DNA of 64,000 nt from positions 32,001 through 96,000 of IMG/VR virus record IMGVR_UViG_3300033405_000002; one strand, written 5' to 3'. The notes under the pieces are model-generated. The model worked only from the letters and a program-made list of their open reading frames with translations, did no database searches and had not been told where the DNA came from. Source of the DNA: a virus. Taxonomy: Duplodnaviria > Heunggongvirae > Uroviricota > Caudoviricetes. Position 1 is the stretch's first letter; the number at the start of each line of letters is the position of its first letter. Positions 1 through 9,603 of this stretch are shown piece after piece. Made by a program: the position numbers and the translations under genes.

Positions 1-2
1 AC

Positions 3-1397
3 CCAACCACGATTGGTGTAGTCCAGCAATTCTCTAATGCCGCTGTCACCACGGCGACCGCATCCTCTTGGTCTATTTCGGGCACGACGCTGACGGTCTC
101 AACTGTTGCATCAGGAACGTTTGCAGTCGGCGGCGTTTTGTCGGGAACTTCTGTTACGAGCGGCACGACCATTACACAGCAGTTGACGGGAACTGCGGGC
201 GGTGTGGGCACCTATCTTCTCTCCGCTTCGTCTACGGCGAGCAGCGGCACCCTGACTCAGACGGGTGGATTGGTCAATTCCGCCGTCACATTGACGGCTT
301 CAGGCGCTTCTTCCTACCTTGGTGGATATGAAGCGATCACTACCACGGGTAACACAGGCGTGGTCGTGGATAACATGGGCGAAGGTGCTATTTCCTCAGC
401 TTTCTGGACAGGCTCAACGGGTCTTGGATACTTTAACCTTCTGCAAGGTCAGGTTGCTCTCTGCATCTTGGAAGACGGTGAGAACGACGCACAGAACCCC
501 ACAGTCATCACCCCAGCGGGTGTAATCACAAACCTTCAGGTCGTAGCGACTGCTTGTCAAAACGCGGGTGCATCCGTAATGCTTTTGGTGCCAACCCCCT
601 ACAACTCATCTACAGCTAACCAGTACGCATGGATTCAACTTGCGGAGTGGCAGTACGCTCAAAACCCACCTTCGGGTCCGCCTTTGGACTTCCTCAACTT
701 GGGAGATGCGTGGGTAGGAACAGGTGTGACAGGCACGTCGGGCACAGGAGGAAATCCAAACTACATCGTTCAGGATTCCGCTACCAACGTCGCTCAAGAC
801 GTGGCGAACAACCTGTTGTGGACAGACAGCCAGCACCCAACGGATTACGGCTCTTGTCTGATTACGAAGCAAATCTTCCAACACCTTTCTGGCGGACGCA
901 CAACGTATCCCTGCAACTGGTTCTCGCAGACGGCGGGTATTGCAGACGTTACCATGCTCACGGCGGCGTACACGAACGCCACAACTGGCTTTACGCCCAT
1001 CACTGAGACAGCGGCATCCGTACACCCTTGGCAGTTTCCAGTTGCTATTCAGCAACAGCTACGCATTGTCTGCGAAATTTCCTATTCGGTGTCAGCTACC
1101 ACGGATGGCATCATTCTTGAAGTAACTGGGCCGGGCACGCCAAATTTGATAACACAACAGTTCAATTGGTGGACTTCGGCGACTGCCTCCAATAGTTTGT
1201 CTTTGACAGGAACAGCCTACTCCACTCAGATTCCAACGACAGGAGTCGCCACTGCGACCGCAACAACCATCTTCACAGGTCATTATGTAGTGTCCGTTTA
1301 CAACGGCACCACGGCGGGCAACCTAGCGGTCAACGCAAAGGGAGTCGGAACGGGCACGTTGACCATCGAACCCGGTTCGTACTGCTACGTGCAATAA
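3..1397 (+). CDS. Virion/tail-spike-like protein with SGNH (GDSL) esterase domain, 5' end outside window
   Basis: Frame open from position 3; Thr/Gly/Ser-rich beta-type sequence; SGNH block III-like GENDA and block V DSQHP (DxxH). Confidence 0.65.
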   Translation, partial: PTTIGVVQQFSNAAVTTATASSWSISGTTLTVSTVASGTFAVGGVLSGTSVTSGTTITQQLTGTAGGVGTYLLSASSTASSGTLTQTGGLVNSAVTLTASGASSYLGGYEAITTTGNTGVVVDNMGEGAISSAFWTGSTGLGYFNLLQGQVALCILEDGENDAQNPTVITPAGVITNLQVVATACQNAGASVMLLVPTPYNSSTANQYAWIQLAEWQYAQNPPSGPPLDFLNLGDAWVGTGVTGTSGTGGNPNYIVQDSATNVAQDVANNLLWTDSQHPTDYGSCLITKQIFQHLSGGRTTYPCNWFSQTAGIADVTMLTAAYTNATTGFTPITETAASVHPWQFPVAIQQQLRIVCEISYSVSATTDGIILEVTGPGTPNLITQQFNWWTSATASNSLSLTGTAYSTQIPTTGVATATATTIFTGHYVVSVYNGTTAGNLAVNAKGVGTGTLTIEPGSYCYVQ

Positions 1398-1409
1398 AAG
1401 GAGATTACA

Positions 1410-1646
1410 ATGAGTAAATTTTCAGACATCCTAGCGAGCATTGCTTCAGACGGTCACATCGTTTGTGGAATGTTGATCTTTTTCACAGGGGCGGGAATCC
1501 ATGTGTTTCATCACATTGACGCCACGTTCGTGACCTTCACGACTACGATCCTTGGGTTCCTTGGTGGGCATTTTTACACGCAAGCCAAGTACCCAGACCA
1601 GACCGACAGCACTACGCCGACTACACCAACTACTCCTCAGTCTTAA
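1410..1646 (+). CDS. Small two-TM membrane protein (possible holin)
   Basis: RBS AAGGAG; two hydrophobic segments and a polar tail; follows a tail gene. Confidence 0.45.
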   Translation: MSKFSDILASIASDGHIVCGMLIFFTGAGIHVFHHIDATFVTFTTTILGFLGGHFYTQAKYPDQTDSTTPTTPTTPQS

Positions 1647-1945
1647 TCGTCGGCGCGACGGCGTCGAACTTCGCCGGGGAATTGAAATTTTGGTCGGTTC
1701 ACCAGTCCGAACCTGTAAGCAATCACCACGCGAAATTCTTCTAGCGTGAGTTTCCCTTTCAAACAGTTGCATTCGCGGCATGAGTCCACGATATTCCGTG
1801 GGGCACTGCTGCCATTCCTGCTTTTTGGTTGCATGTGATCGCGTGTTTTGGTCTTGCGGGTGAGTTGTTTGTCGCAGTAGAAGCAGCGGAAGATTCCAAT
1901 CTTCTTCATAGGTCTCTTACGACGGTTCCTGTAGTAATGTTTCAA
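1643..1945 (-). CDS. HNH endonuclease
   Basis: CFYC...TRDHMQPKSRNG...NIVDSCRECNCLKG. Confidence 0.85.
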   Translation of the reverse strand: MKHYYRNRRKRPMKKIGIFRCFYCDKQLTRKTKTRDHMQPKSRNGSSAPRNIVDSCRECNCLKGKLTLEEFRVVIAYRFGLVNRPKFQFPGEVRRRRADD

Positions 1946-2138
1946 TGTTATTTAGCACAACGACAATTGCCGCTAGTGCTTCTCCAATGTGAGCGGGGCT
2001 TCCTTCGATTTCAAAGTCGGTGGGATTGAGTAGCTCGGGGTCTTTTTCAACGATGCGGCAGCGAACGCAATCTGAAGTGATGCGCTGCACGTAGATGTCA
2101 CACTCAGAAGTGACGATGTGGGTGGTGCGCTGACTCAT
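1917..2138 (-). CDS. Hypothetical protein
   Basis: ORF tiles with neighbours; GGAGG upstream. Confidence 0.5.
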   Translation of the reverse strand: MSQRTTHIVTSECDIYVQRITSDCVRCRIVEKDPELLNPTDFEIEGSPAHIGEALAAIVVVLNNIETLLQEPS

Positions 2139-2188
2139 CAGTTCCGCCTCCCATACCTCATACTGAGGGATGGGAAGACGGAAAAAAT

Positions 2189-2386
2189 TTACATGCGGTG
2201 TAGAACGACGTCGTTGTAACCTTCGTGCGGGTCAAGTTCATGCAAACTCGGCCACTTAACGCCATTTGACGCACGATGCTGCTTCACACGCGGGTCGGAG
2301 TGCTGAACGTGATCCTTGTCCAGTTCGCACACGTCGCCTGATCTCGGATGCTTCTCTGTGCAATTAACAAATCCTTCAGTTGCCAT
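2189..2386 (-). CDS. Hypothetical protein
   Basis: ORF with GGGAGA RBS, tiles with ogt. Confidence 0.5.
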   Translation of the reverse strand: MATEGFVNCTEKHPRSGDVCELDKDHVQHSDPRVKQHRASNGVKWPSLHELDPHEGYNDVVLHRM

Positions 2387-2873
2387 GTGTTTTCTCCCTT
2401 CTACAAGATTTTGGTTTTACTGCTCGCTCGTGCATCAACAATGCTCGTTTGTACTGCACGCCGCTTCTGTAGCCGCCCAAACCACCGTCAGATGCAACCA
2501 CGCGATGACACGGAATGACAATCAAAAATGGATTCGCGCCGCAGGCGGTGCCAATCGCCCGAAATGCTTTCGGACGCCCGATCTGTGCCGCGATTTCCCT
2601 ATACGTTCGAGTCTCACCGTAGGGGATTGTTAAGATCGCGTTCCAAACATCTAACTGGAACGGGGTGCCAACCATGTACGCAATCGGAAATTCAAACTCC
2701 CGGCGTTCACCCGCAAAATATTCTTCAAGCTCTTTCTCGTAGAGCGCTGTGCGAGGGTGACTCCCAAGGTTTGTGACATCCGTTTTCGAGACGGACACCA
2801 AGCCGGAATCTTCAGCGGTTACAAGCAGGTTTCCTATCGGCGATGGGATGACGGCACTATAAAAACCGACCAT
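2376..2873 (-). CDS. ogt: Methylated-DNA--protein-cysteine methyltransferase
   Basis: GTPFQ..VW..IPYGETRTY..IA..IG.P.A.RAIG..C..NP..IVIPCHRVV motif. Confidence 0.95.
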   Translation of the reverse strand: MVGFYSAVIPSPIGNLLVTAEDSGLVSVSKTDVTNLGSHPRTALYEKELEEYFAGERREFEFPIAYMVGTPFQLDVWNAILTIPYGETRTYREIAAQIGRPKAFRAIGTACGANPFLIVIPCHRVVASDGGLGGYRSGVQYKRALLMHERAVKPKSCRREKTHGN

Positions 2874-2900
2874 ACCTCTATAATACTGTAGGAATTGGTT

Positions 2901-5547
2901 TTAGCGCAAGTTATTTGCGAAGACGTAGCACTTAACGTGCTCTCCGGTGGTCATGGCTGACCAAACATCTTCCCAAGTCACGAAGGTGAGCACAGCGCTG
3001 CCGTTGCGAAACAACGACCAGCCCGTCTTCTTGCTCCAGCCGTAGTTGCGGTCAAAATGGACGGCGAAGTTGTCAAACACCAGTCGAATTCGATCATCAC
3101 GAAAATCAATCATGTTAGACAGGTCTCACAGAGCGAACAATAAGTGTCATACTCGCGGCCCATGATGCTGCGCTGATACGTCTGCGTGTGCGGGCAGTTG
3201 TGCATACACCAATTGCGGCGCTTCTTGCCAAGATATTCGAGCGCGAGCTTGGCGTTGTCCACAACCTCACGCTGCTTGGCGATCTCAGCATCCATCTCGC
3301 CGATCTTTTCCAGAATCTCCGCGTTTGTCAACGTCTGCTTCACAGTTTAAGCCCGACCGGAAATTTGCTTCTGAGGAACTCCCTGAACTCATCCACGATC
3401 TTGTGCTCGTGCCCGTCCAGCAGCGCGTTGCCTTCGATTGGGATTTCAATTTTCCCCTTGGCAACAACTGCGCCACAGTTGTCTTCCAGTTCAGCCATGA
3501 TTACGATTTTCTGCGCCTTGCGTTCTTTCATTAGTCCCTCGCCACTGGTGCGGTGATTGTGATTGTTCTGATGTCCATTATACCAAATCCTTCTTCGGCG
3601 AGTGACATCATGCCGTTGATCTCCGCAGGCGTCAACTGGCTCGTGACTCCCATGTAGTGAAGGATGCCCTTCTCTTCGTCGGACAACGGCTTGTTTGCGT
3701 CGAGAAATTCATTGGCCCAATCAGCCAAAACTTTGTCAGAATCTTCGTCTGTCTCCGCTTCGATTTCTACGTGCCCGTCCTTGTCGGCGTGCGCTCGAAG
3801 AGCCATGTAAACGCAAAACATGGCAATTGCATTGGATGCTGGGGTTTCTTGATCCGGGGGCAGACCTGCCATTACGACACCTTCTTGACCTTGAACGAAG
3901 AGAGATTTTCTGGTTTGATGACGCGGGCGAGAGTAACCTTCGCTTGCTCGATAGCGTCTTCAACGTCTGTTGCGGAGCGGATTGTTACGTCCACACTCGC
4001 TGGGCTGGGTGCATCACTTACTTCAACAAAGTGGACAAAATACATCTCTGCCATTAGTTCCTCGCCATCTCTGACATCGGGTGCCGGAGAGAATCTGGAA
4101 TAACCAGTGCGCGGTTCTGCGGCACTGGTGGGTCTTTAGCTTCCGGCTCATCCTGATCCACATCCTGATCTGGGGCCGAAGGGACTTGCACGATTGTAGG
4201 CGGTGGAACATTCACCGTCTCGTTAACGATGATCGTAGGCGGCTCTTGCGGAGCGCAGGGCTGCACCTGCACCGTAGGTGCTGGGACATGGCTCTGAACG
4301 TACATCCACCCCACAGCGCAAACGAGTATCGTAATCAGCACAGCACTGACAACGAACTCGTCCATCTCGATAGTAATCCCGTCTCGCATTAGTCTCCACT
4401 TGCCCCTGCCGCGTATGGACCCGCTGTGGACGGCTCCACCGCCAAAGCTAGGTCGCGCAACTGCGTGCTATCCACAACGATCTTGTGCTTCTTGAGCACT
4501 TCCAGCAACTTCTGCTCCAAGAATTGTACCATCTCCTCGCGTGGTTGATACGCTGGCGGCGCGAACGTCGCGTGATACGTCTCTCTGCGGATAGGGTCGC
4601 ACACGTGATCGCTGGTGCGAACAGATTTTTCGCCGCACGAAGTACAGTCCGCGAAAAGGTGCGGGCGATATTTTCGTTCTACGCGCTCTCGCTCATCGCC
4701 GTTCATTGAATCTTCTCAGGATGGATTTCGAGCTTTTTGCTCAAATCGCCGCCCGTCACTTTGATGCCATGCTCAGCAAAAACCTGCCGAACAGTCTCAA
4801 AGTCCACATCTTCTCCCCACGACAACCCGACCGTCTGGTATACCCTTCCGTCAATCACCGAACGATCATCAACCGATTGGACATTGTAAAAAACGTACTT
4901 GCTTCCATACTCGGTTGGTACGCCGTAGCAGCCGCAACTCTGGCAGCAGGGAATATCCACCTTCCGGTGGTAAGTGAAGATGCCGTGATGCTGCATCAAG
5001 CGCTTCAGGACGTGATTGATTTCCCGAACCGTCACCAAGTTGTTTATCACGCTCTCCCGATCTTGCATTACTCTCTCCGCTGATTCTTCGGTGCTTCAGG
5101 ACGCGTGTCAACACGCACATCAACTTCATCTGCGTGCGCGGACAACACTTCAATGTCAATGTGGGAGTTGAACGGTGCCGCCCACCAGCCGCCGCCTGTT
5201 GCTGCCAAATCCTTGTGGAAGTATTGGAAGGTCTCTCTGATCTCGTGCTCTTCCGCCTTCAGCACGGCTAAGAAAGCCGTTTGGATGATCTCGGACTTGA
5301 CCATGTGCTTCGAGAGCGGCCACCAGCGGGATTGCTGAAGCGCAGCTTCCCCGGTGAGTGCATCTGGGGCCCACCACTCGATACGCAAGCGAAGGTCAAC
5401 ATCCCAGCTTCCCTGCACGAAGACATCACGCTTGGAAACGACGAACTTCCAATCCTTGTACTTGACTTCCGTGTCAAGCATCGTCTGAATCTCGTCGGAT
5501 GTCCAGAGACGCTGTTCAATTTTGGGCTGGGACGCCGATGATTCCAT
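2901..5547 (-). CDS. Run of nine small hypothetical phage genes (2901-3113, 3110-3343, 3340-3531, 3531-3872, 3872-4054, 4054-4389, 4389-4706, 4703-5068, 5068-5547)
   Basis: ORFs abut with overlapping stop/start codons, indicating translational coupling; no recognisable domains. Confidence 0.65.
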
Positions 5548-6250
5548 TCAACACACTCCAGTCTACTGTCGATGGTAGCACATTTTCGAGCTTTGGTGGA
5601 ACAGGATATTCTCCCGTCACAACGATGTGAAAGCATGGCTGCTTAAGCTCCTCTTCCACGATCACCATCTTTAGCTTGGATAGATACAAGAGTTTCTGCT
5701 GAATGAATCTGACCTGCTCCCGCGTTAGCCCCCGGCGCTGCAAGTCTACAGCAACCCCGGCAAGGTGAGCCGATGCCGTCTCGCCGTGAACAGGCGCGGC
5801 ATTATGGTTCCAACGGCGCAACCAGCTTTGCGTTTTCTCAGTGCGAACGGCCGAATTGACCTGAATTGGGGAACCAAACTCGGTGAAATAATCGCGCCCC
5901 AACTCTTGTAAAAACTGGTCAACTTCTGGTCGGCAGAAGCGGCGCTTCTTCTCTAACCTCGAACTTACCGAGACGTACTGATTCACCGTGATTGGTACGA
6001 GCGTTTCTTCGCTGACCAAGGACTTCAGCACTTTGTCGTCCTTGATGCGCGGCAGCCCTTGCGCGTCGATGGCGGCGTTCTGTGACAGAAGATTCTCATG
6101 CGACGGAACGAACACGCGATACTCGAACCATGTTGGTTTCCGCGTTTTCTTGTGGCGCTTGTGCGAAACCGGGCGGACGTGCTGCAACCCAAACGCCGGA
6201 GCGACCGACACGAGCAGCATGGCGACTACGAGTTTTCGAATCACACTCAT
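5516..6250 (-). CDS. DUF5715-like secreted protein (peptidase M15-like Zn motif; possible cell-wall hydrolase)
   Basis: Signal peptide; VNSAVRT..Q, SAHLAGVAVD (SxHxxGxAxD) and QPCFHIVV. Confidence 0.7.
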   Translation of the reverse strand: MSVIRKLVVAMLLVSVAPAFGLQHVRPVSHKRHKKTRKPTWFEYRVFVPSHENLLSQNAAIDAQGLPRIKDDKVLKSLVSEETLVPITVNQYVSVSSRLEKKRRFCRPEVDQFLQELGRDYFTEFGSPIQVNSAVRTEKTQSWLRRWNHNAAPVHGETASAHLAGVAVDLQRRGLTREQVRFIQQKLLYLSKLKMVIVEEELKQPCFHIVVTGEYPVPPKLENVLPSTVDWSVLNGIIGVPAQN

Positions 6251-6480
6251 TTGAGATTGTGCGCGAGCACGAATTGAGTCACTTCTTTGGGTGACAGGCG
6301 GCTGTCTACGGTGCCGTCATTCTCCCCGATGCGGCTGCCTGACGGACGCCCGCTCACTTCGGAAATCGGGAACCGATACCACTTGCGGCTGGGGGTGATA
6401 ATCCCGACAAAATGGACGCCCACAAGATAAGTGTACTTCAGCGGTGGTTTGCCTTCTCTTCCAAACTCGATATGGTACAT
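6247..6480 (-). CDS. Hypothetical protein
   Basis: Coupled to the next gene; GAGG RBS. Confidence 0.5.
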   Translation of the reverse strand: MYHIEFGREGKPPLKYTYLVGVHFVGIITPSRKWYRFPISEVSGRPSGSRIGENDGTVDSRLSPKEVTQFVLAHNLK

Positions 6481-6585
6481 GGTATGCCCTCTCTTTCTTA
6501 GATACCGTCTGACGCGAAAACGCCGCTTTTCTATTTTTCACAGCTCCAAGTCATTGAAAACAAGCATAATGTAGCCCTGTAAAAG

Positions 6586-6630
6586 TGGACAAAAAGACCG
6601 CCCGTTCCGTATACTAGGACTGGAGGGAAC
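6586..6630 (+). promoter_or_regulatory. Sigma70-like promoter plus RBS
   Basis: TGGACA-N18-TATACT followed by aggactGGAGGgaac; element repeated at 7862-7906. Confidence 0.7.
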
Positions 6631-6633
6631 GAT

Positions 6634-7524
6634 ATGGCGCAGGGACGCATGTATGATCCGAGAGAAATTCTGGCTTTCATGACCGCTGGCAAGGCTACCA
6701 TCACTCTCCAAAACGCGGCGTCCGGCAACCGCTACACCTACAAGATCAAGTTCGCGGCGAAGCGGAACGAAAACGATCCCGACACTTGGTTTGTCCAACT
6801 CCTGAACGGCCCAGACAATACCGCCAGCTTTTGCTACTTCGGCATTCTGCGCCACGTGAACAACAAACTGACCTACATCTGGACGAGCAAGGCGCGAATC
6901 AGTGAAGAATCGCCATCCGTCAAAGCGTTCAAGTTTGCTCTGAACTTGTTCGTCAATGACTGCGAGTTCCCGCCTTCGTTTGAAGTATACCACGAAGGTC
7001 GCTGCGGACGCTGCGGACGCAAACTGACGGTGCCTGAGTCCATCACCTCTGGCTTCGGGCCGGAGTGCATCAACCTTGTGTCCTTCGGCGCGGTGAGTTC
7101 GATGCAAGCGCCTATCGCGGCTGCGGTTGCGGTTGGCGGCACGGCTGTCCCACAGCAGCAAAAGTTCAACTACACGGCTCCGGCGAAAAGTGAGCCTGTA
7201 GCTGCGGTGCGGGGACGTGTTGCCGATGCCGTAGCGCACTTGGCGAGTATGCCGCCGCGCAAGTCCAACCGTGCGGCTGTGGCGGCTAACGGACGTTCTT
7301 CTTCCCCGACGCCTGTTGGCGCGGCTACCGCCGATGGCGGCAGCTTCCTTGACAATCCGGTGGTTGCACGTGTGGATAACATGGACGCGGAGATTCGCCG
7401 CCGCATCGCGGAGTACAAAGCCGAAGCGCCGGAGAACTATTATCAGGACGGCATGTTGCAGGAGAAAGAAGCGTTCAACGTGGCGTACAACATGTTTCGA
7501 GTTCAGCTTCAAGGGGGCAAGTAA
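6634..7524 (+). CDS. DUF6011-like zinc-binding protein
   Basis: CGRCGRKLTVPESITSGFGPEC motif; strong RBS. Confidence 0.75.
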   Translation: MAQGRMYDPREILAFMTAGKATITLQNAASGNRYTYKIKFAAKRNENDPDTWFVQLLNGPDNTASFCYFGILRHVNNKLTYIWTSKARISEESPSVKAFKFALNLFVNDCEFPPSFEVYHEGRCGRCGRKLTVPESITSGFGPECINLVSFGAVSSMQAPIAAAVAVGGTAVPQQQKFNYTAPAKSEPVAAVRGRVADAVAHLASMPPRKSNRAAVAANGRSSSPTPVGAATADGGSFLDNPVVARVDNMDAEIRRRIAEYKAEAPENYYQDGMLQEKEAFNVAYNMFRVQLQGGK

Positions 7525-7835
7525 TGCGAGACGGCAAGTTCATTGACCAAGTTTGTAATTTGTTCGATGTCAACGTGCTGCACGACATCGAAATCGTCAC
7601 GAAGTATGACGAGTTTAACAGCGGTGAACCGATGGTTGAGCGCGTCCGTGGGACTGTGGCGCTCGGTCTGCGTGCGGAGCACAGCGCCGGGGAAGTCGGC
7701 TTCGTCATGACGAACTGGTTCAACTCGGAAGATGAACTAGACGAGTTCTGCGAAGCGAACATCAGCCGTTTCCAGATCGCCGCCGCCGAATGTGAGAACG
7801 GTGCTCCGGTGCCAGACGCTACCGTTTGGAGTTAA
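7524..7835 (+). CDS. Hypothetical protein
   Basis: TAATG coupling to previous gene. Confidence 0.6.
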   Translation: MRDGKFIDQVCNLFDVNVLHDIEIVTKYDEFNSGEPMVERVRGTVALGLRAEHSAGEVGFVMTNWFNSEDELDEFCEANISRFQIAAAECENGAPVPDATVWS

Positions 7836-7861
7836 GTTGTTGATAACAAAGGCCGTAAAAG

Positions 7862-7906
7862 TAGCCAGCTTTGCGAAGTAAGCCGTATACTAGAACTGGA
7901 GGGAAC
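7862..7906 (+). promoter_or_regulatory. Sigma70-like promoter plus RBS
   Basis: TAGCCA-N18-TATACT; 23 of 24 nt identical to 6607-6630. Confidence 0.7.
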
Positions 7907-7908
7907 AC

Positions 7909-8304
7909 ATGACAAATCTTATCAGCACCTTTCGCACTAACGTTGCCGCGAATCCCCGGTTGGCGAAACTTGCCGTTGGCGCTTATGCCGTTGTGACGCT
8001 TGCCGCTGGTCTTATCGCGTACTCTTTCGGCGCGTCCCTGACGAAAGCGCTGGTAGTCACCGCCGTGACTTTCCTTGTAGCTTTGTGCGGCGATGTTGCC
8101 ACGTATCTCTACATCCGCAGCAATCCCGTTCTGTTCAGCCGCTTCCAGCGCTTCGCTGACAACCTTGCCAATATCCAGAGCGATTGGGACACTGACACTG
8201 ACGAAGATTCGGACGAAGATGAAAGTGACTCGGACGAGTATTCGGACGAATACAACTGCGGCGACCCTGACTGCGATGAATGCAATCAAGATCGGAGCCT
8301 GTAA
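7909..8304 (+). CDS. Membrane protein with acidic C-terminal tail
   Basis: Two hydrophobic segments then a D/E-rich tail with CGDPDCDEC. Confidence 0.65.
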   Translation: MTNLISTFRTNVAANPRLAKLAVGAYAVVTLAAGLIAYSFGASLTKALVVTAVTFLVALCGDVATYLYIRSNPVLFSRFQRFADNLANIQSDWDTDTDEDSDEDESDSDEYSDEYNCGDPDCDECNQDRSL

Positions 8305-8317
8305 ACCGGAGTCCCCC

Positions 8318-8482
8318 ATGACGAACCTTTGGAATGACGAAAGCGGTCAGGACGTTGCTGAATACGCAGTGATGCTGATGGTGATTCTCGCTATCGTGAT
8401 CGGTGTGGTGATGTACATCGGTCACAACGCTGGCAGCACGATCAACAGCGCGGCATCGCAAATCTCAGGAGCTAACCAATGA
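8318..8482 (+). CDS. flp: Flp/Fap type IVb pilin-like protein
   Basis: MTNLWNDESG/QDVAEYAVMLMVILAIVIGVV: prepilin Gly, +5 Glu-Tyr Flp motif and hydrophobic helix; 54 aa. Confidence 0.85.
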   Translation: MTNLWNDESGQDVAEYAVMLMVILAIVIGVVMYIGHNAGSTINSAASQISGANQ

Positions 8483-9037
8483 CGCTGATCGGTAAAGAAG
8501 GGCAAGAGATTCATTTCGCCAGTTCATTTGTCGAGAGCGAAGCGTCCCGCAATCGCCTGAACTTAGCTCCGCACATCGCGGACTGGACGAAAAAGGCGCT
8601 TAACGCTCTCCCCATTTTCAAAGGCGTGGAGACGGCTGAATTGTGCCGGGAAGCAACTGAGAAGCTGCGCGGACGGCGCACGGTCAGTGACCGTTTCACT
8701 GCAATATTGGTGATCGCCGGGACTCGCGCCTTGGATCATCCTGACCTGCAACAGCCGCCAGTTGCCAAGTCGAATGGACTGCCACGATATGCCATCTAGG
8801 GATGCCTACTGCGCGTCGCATGTGTCGGCGCAAGCCGTTGACCGGATGTTGAATGACTTCTTGGACAGGCTGCTTGAAGCCATACCGGAGCCTGTCACTA
8901 TTTCGCGGTCTGCTACAGACGAAGAAGTGATGGCTGCGCTGCTGGCGAATCCTGCCACGGATATGTTTGCGAATTCAGAACCTTGCTGGATGCACGAAGA
9001 GGAGACGAAATGCTTAGCCACAACATCTGGAGTCTAG
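8479..9037 (+). CDS. Two hypothetical proteins (8479-8799, 8789-9037)
   Basis: Coupled ORFs in the plus-strand island. Confidence 0.5.
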
Positions 9038-9603
9038 TTGCTGTTTTGCTGGCGAACATCGTTGTGTTCGTATGCCTTAAACCAATCGCCACACTCCGCA
9101 CCTTCGTCGCGCACCACCGTTTGATTACGCGAGTCCAGTTGTTCCGTGCAGCCGGACTGCTCATGCTGCTTGTCGCGGTATCCCACGCGCAAACCCCCGG
9201 TGTCGTTACGCATGACGGTGACTGGGTTATCGCTCAGCGGCTCGCCGCACAGAATGGCTTGGTGGAATACAGCAAAGGCGAAGATGGTTTACTCGTGCCG
9301 CACAAAAACGTGATGTGGCAGTTTGACACGGGCTATAAGCCACTGGACAACATTCTGAATTTGCTTTGGAACAACTGCGGGAAGCTACTGTTGCTTGCCA
9401 TCGTAATTTTCGTCATGATAGTGCTTCGGCAGCACTCAGAGATTTCTCTTCACGGCACGCCGCGCACATCCAAGTACGAACGGGCCTTCGTGGTTCCCGG
9501 TGGAATGCACTCCGGCTACGATGACGTTCCGGTTCGAGTGATGCAGGACATGATGATGCACAACACCACCATGTCCATTCTGAATATGAACAACCAGCTT
9601 TAA
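9010..9603 (+). CDS. Hypothetical membrane protein
   Basis: GGAG RBS before MLSH; three hydrophobic segments. Confidence 0.55.
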   Translation: MLSHNIWSLVAVLLANIVVFVCLKPIATLRTFVAHHRLITRVQLFRAAGLLMLLVAVSHAQTPGVVTHDGDWVIAQRLAAQNGLVEYSKGEDGLLVPHKNVMWQFDTGYKPLDNILNLLWNNCGKLLLLAIVIFVMIVLRQHSEISLHGTPRTSKYERAFVVPGGMHSGYDDVPVRVMQDMMMHNTTMSILNMNNQL

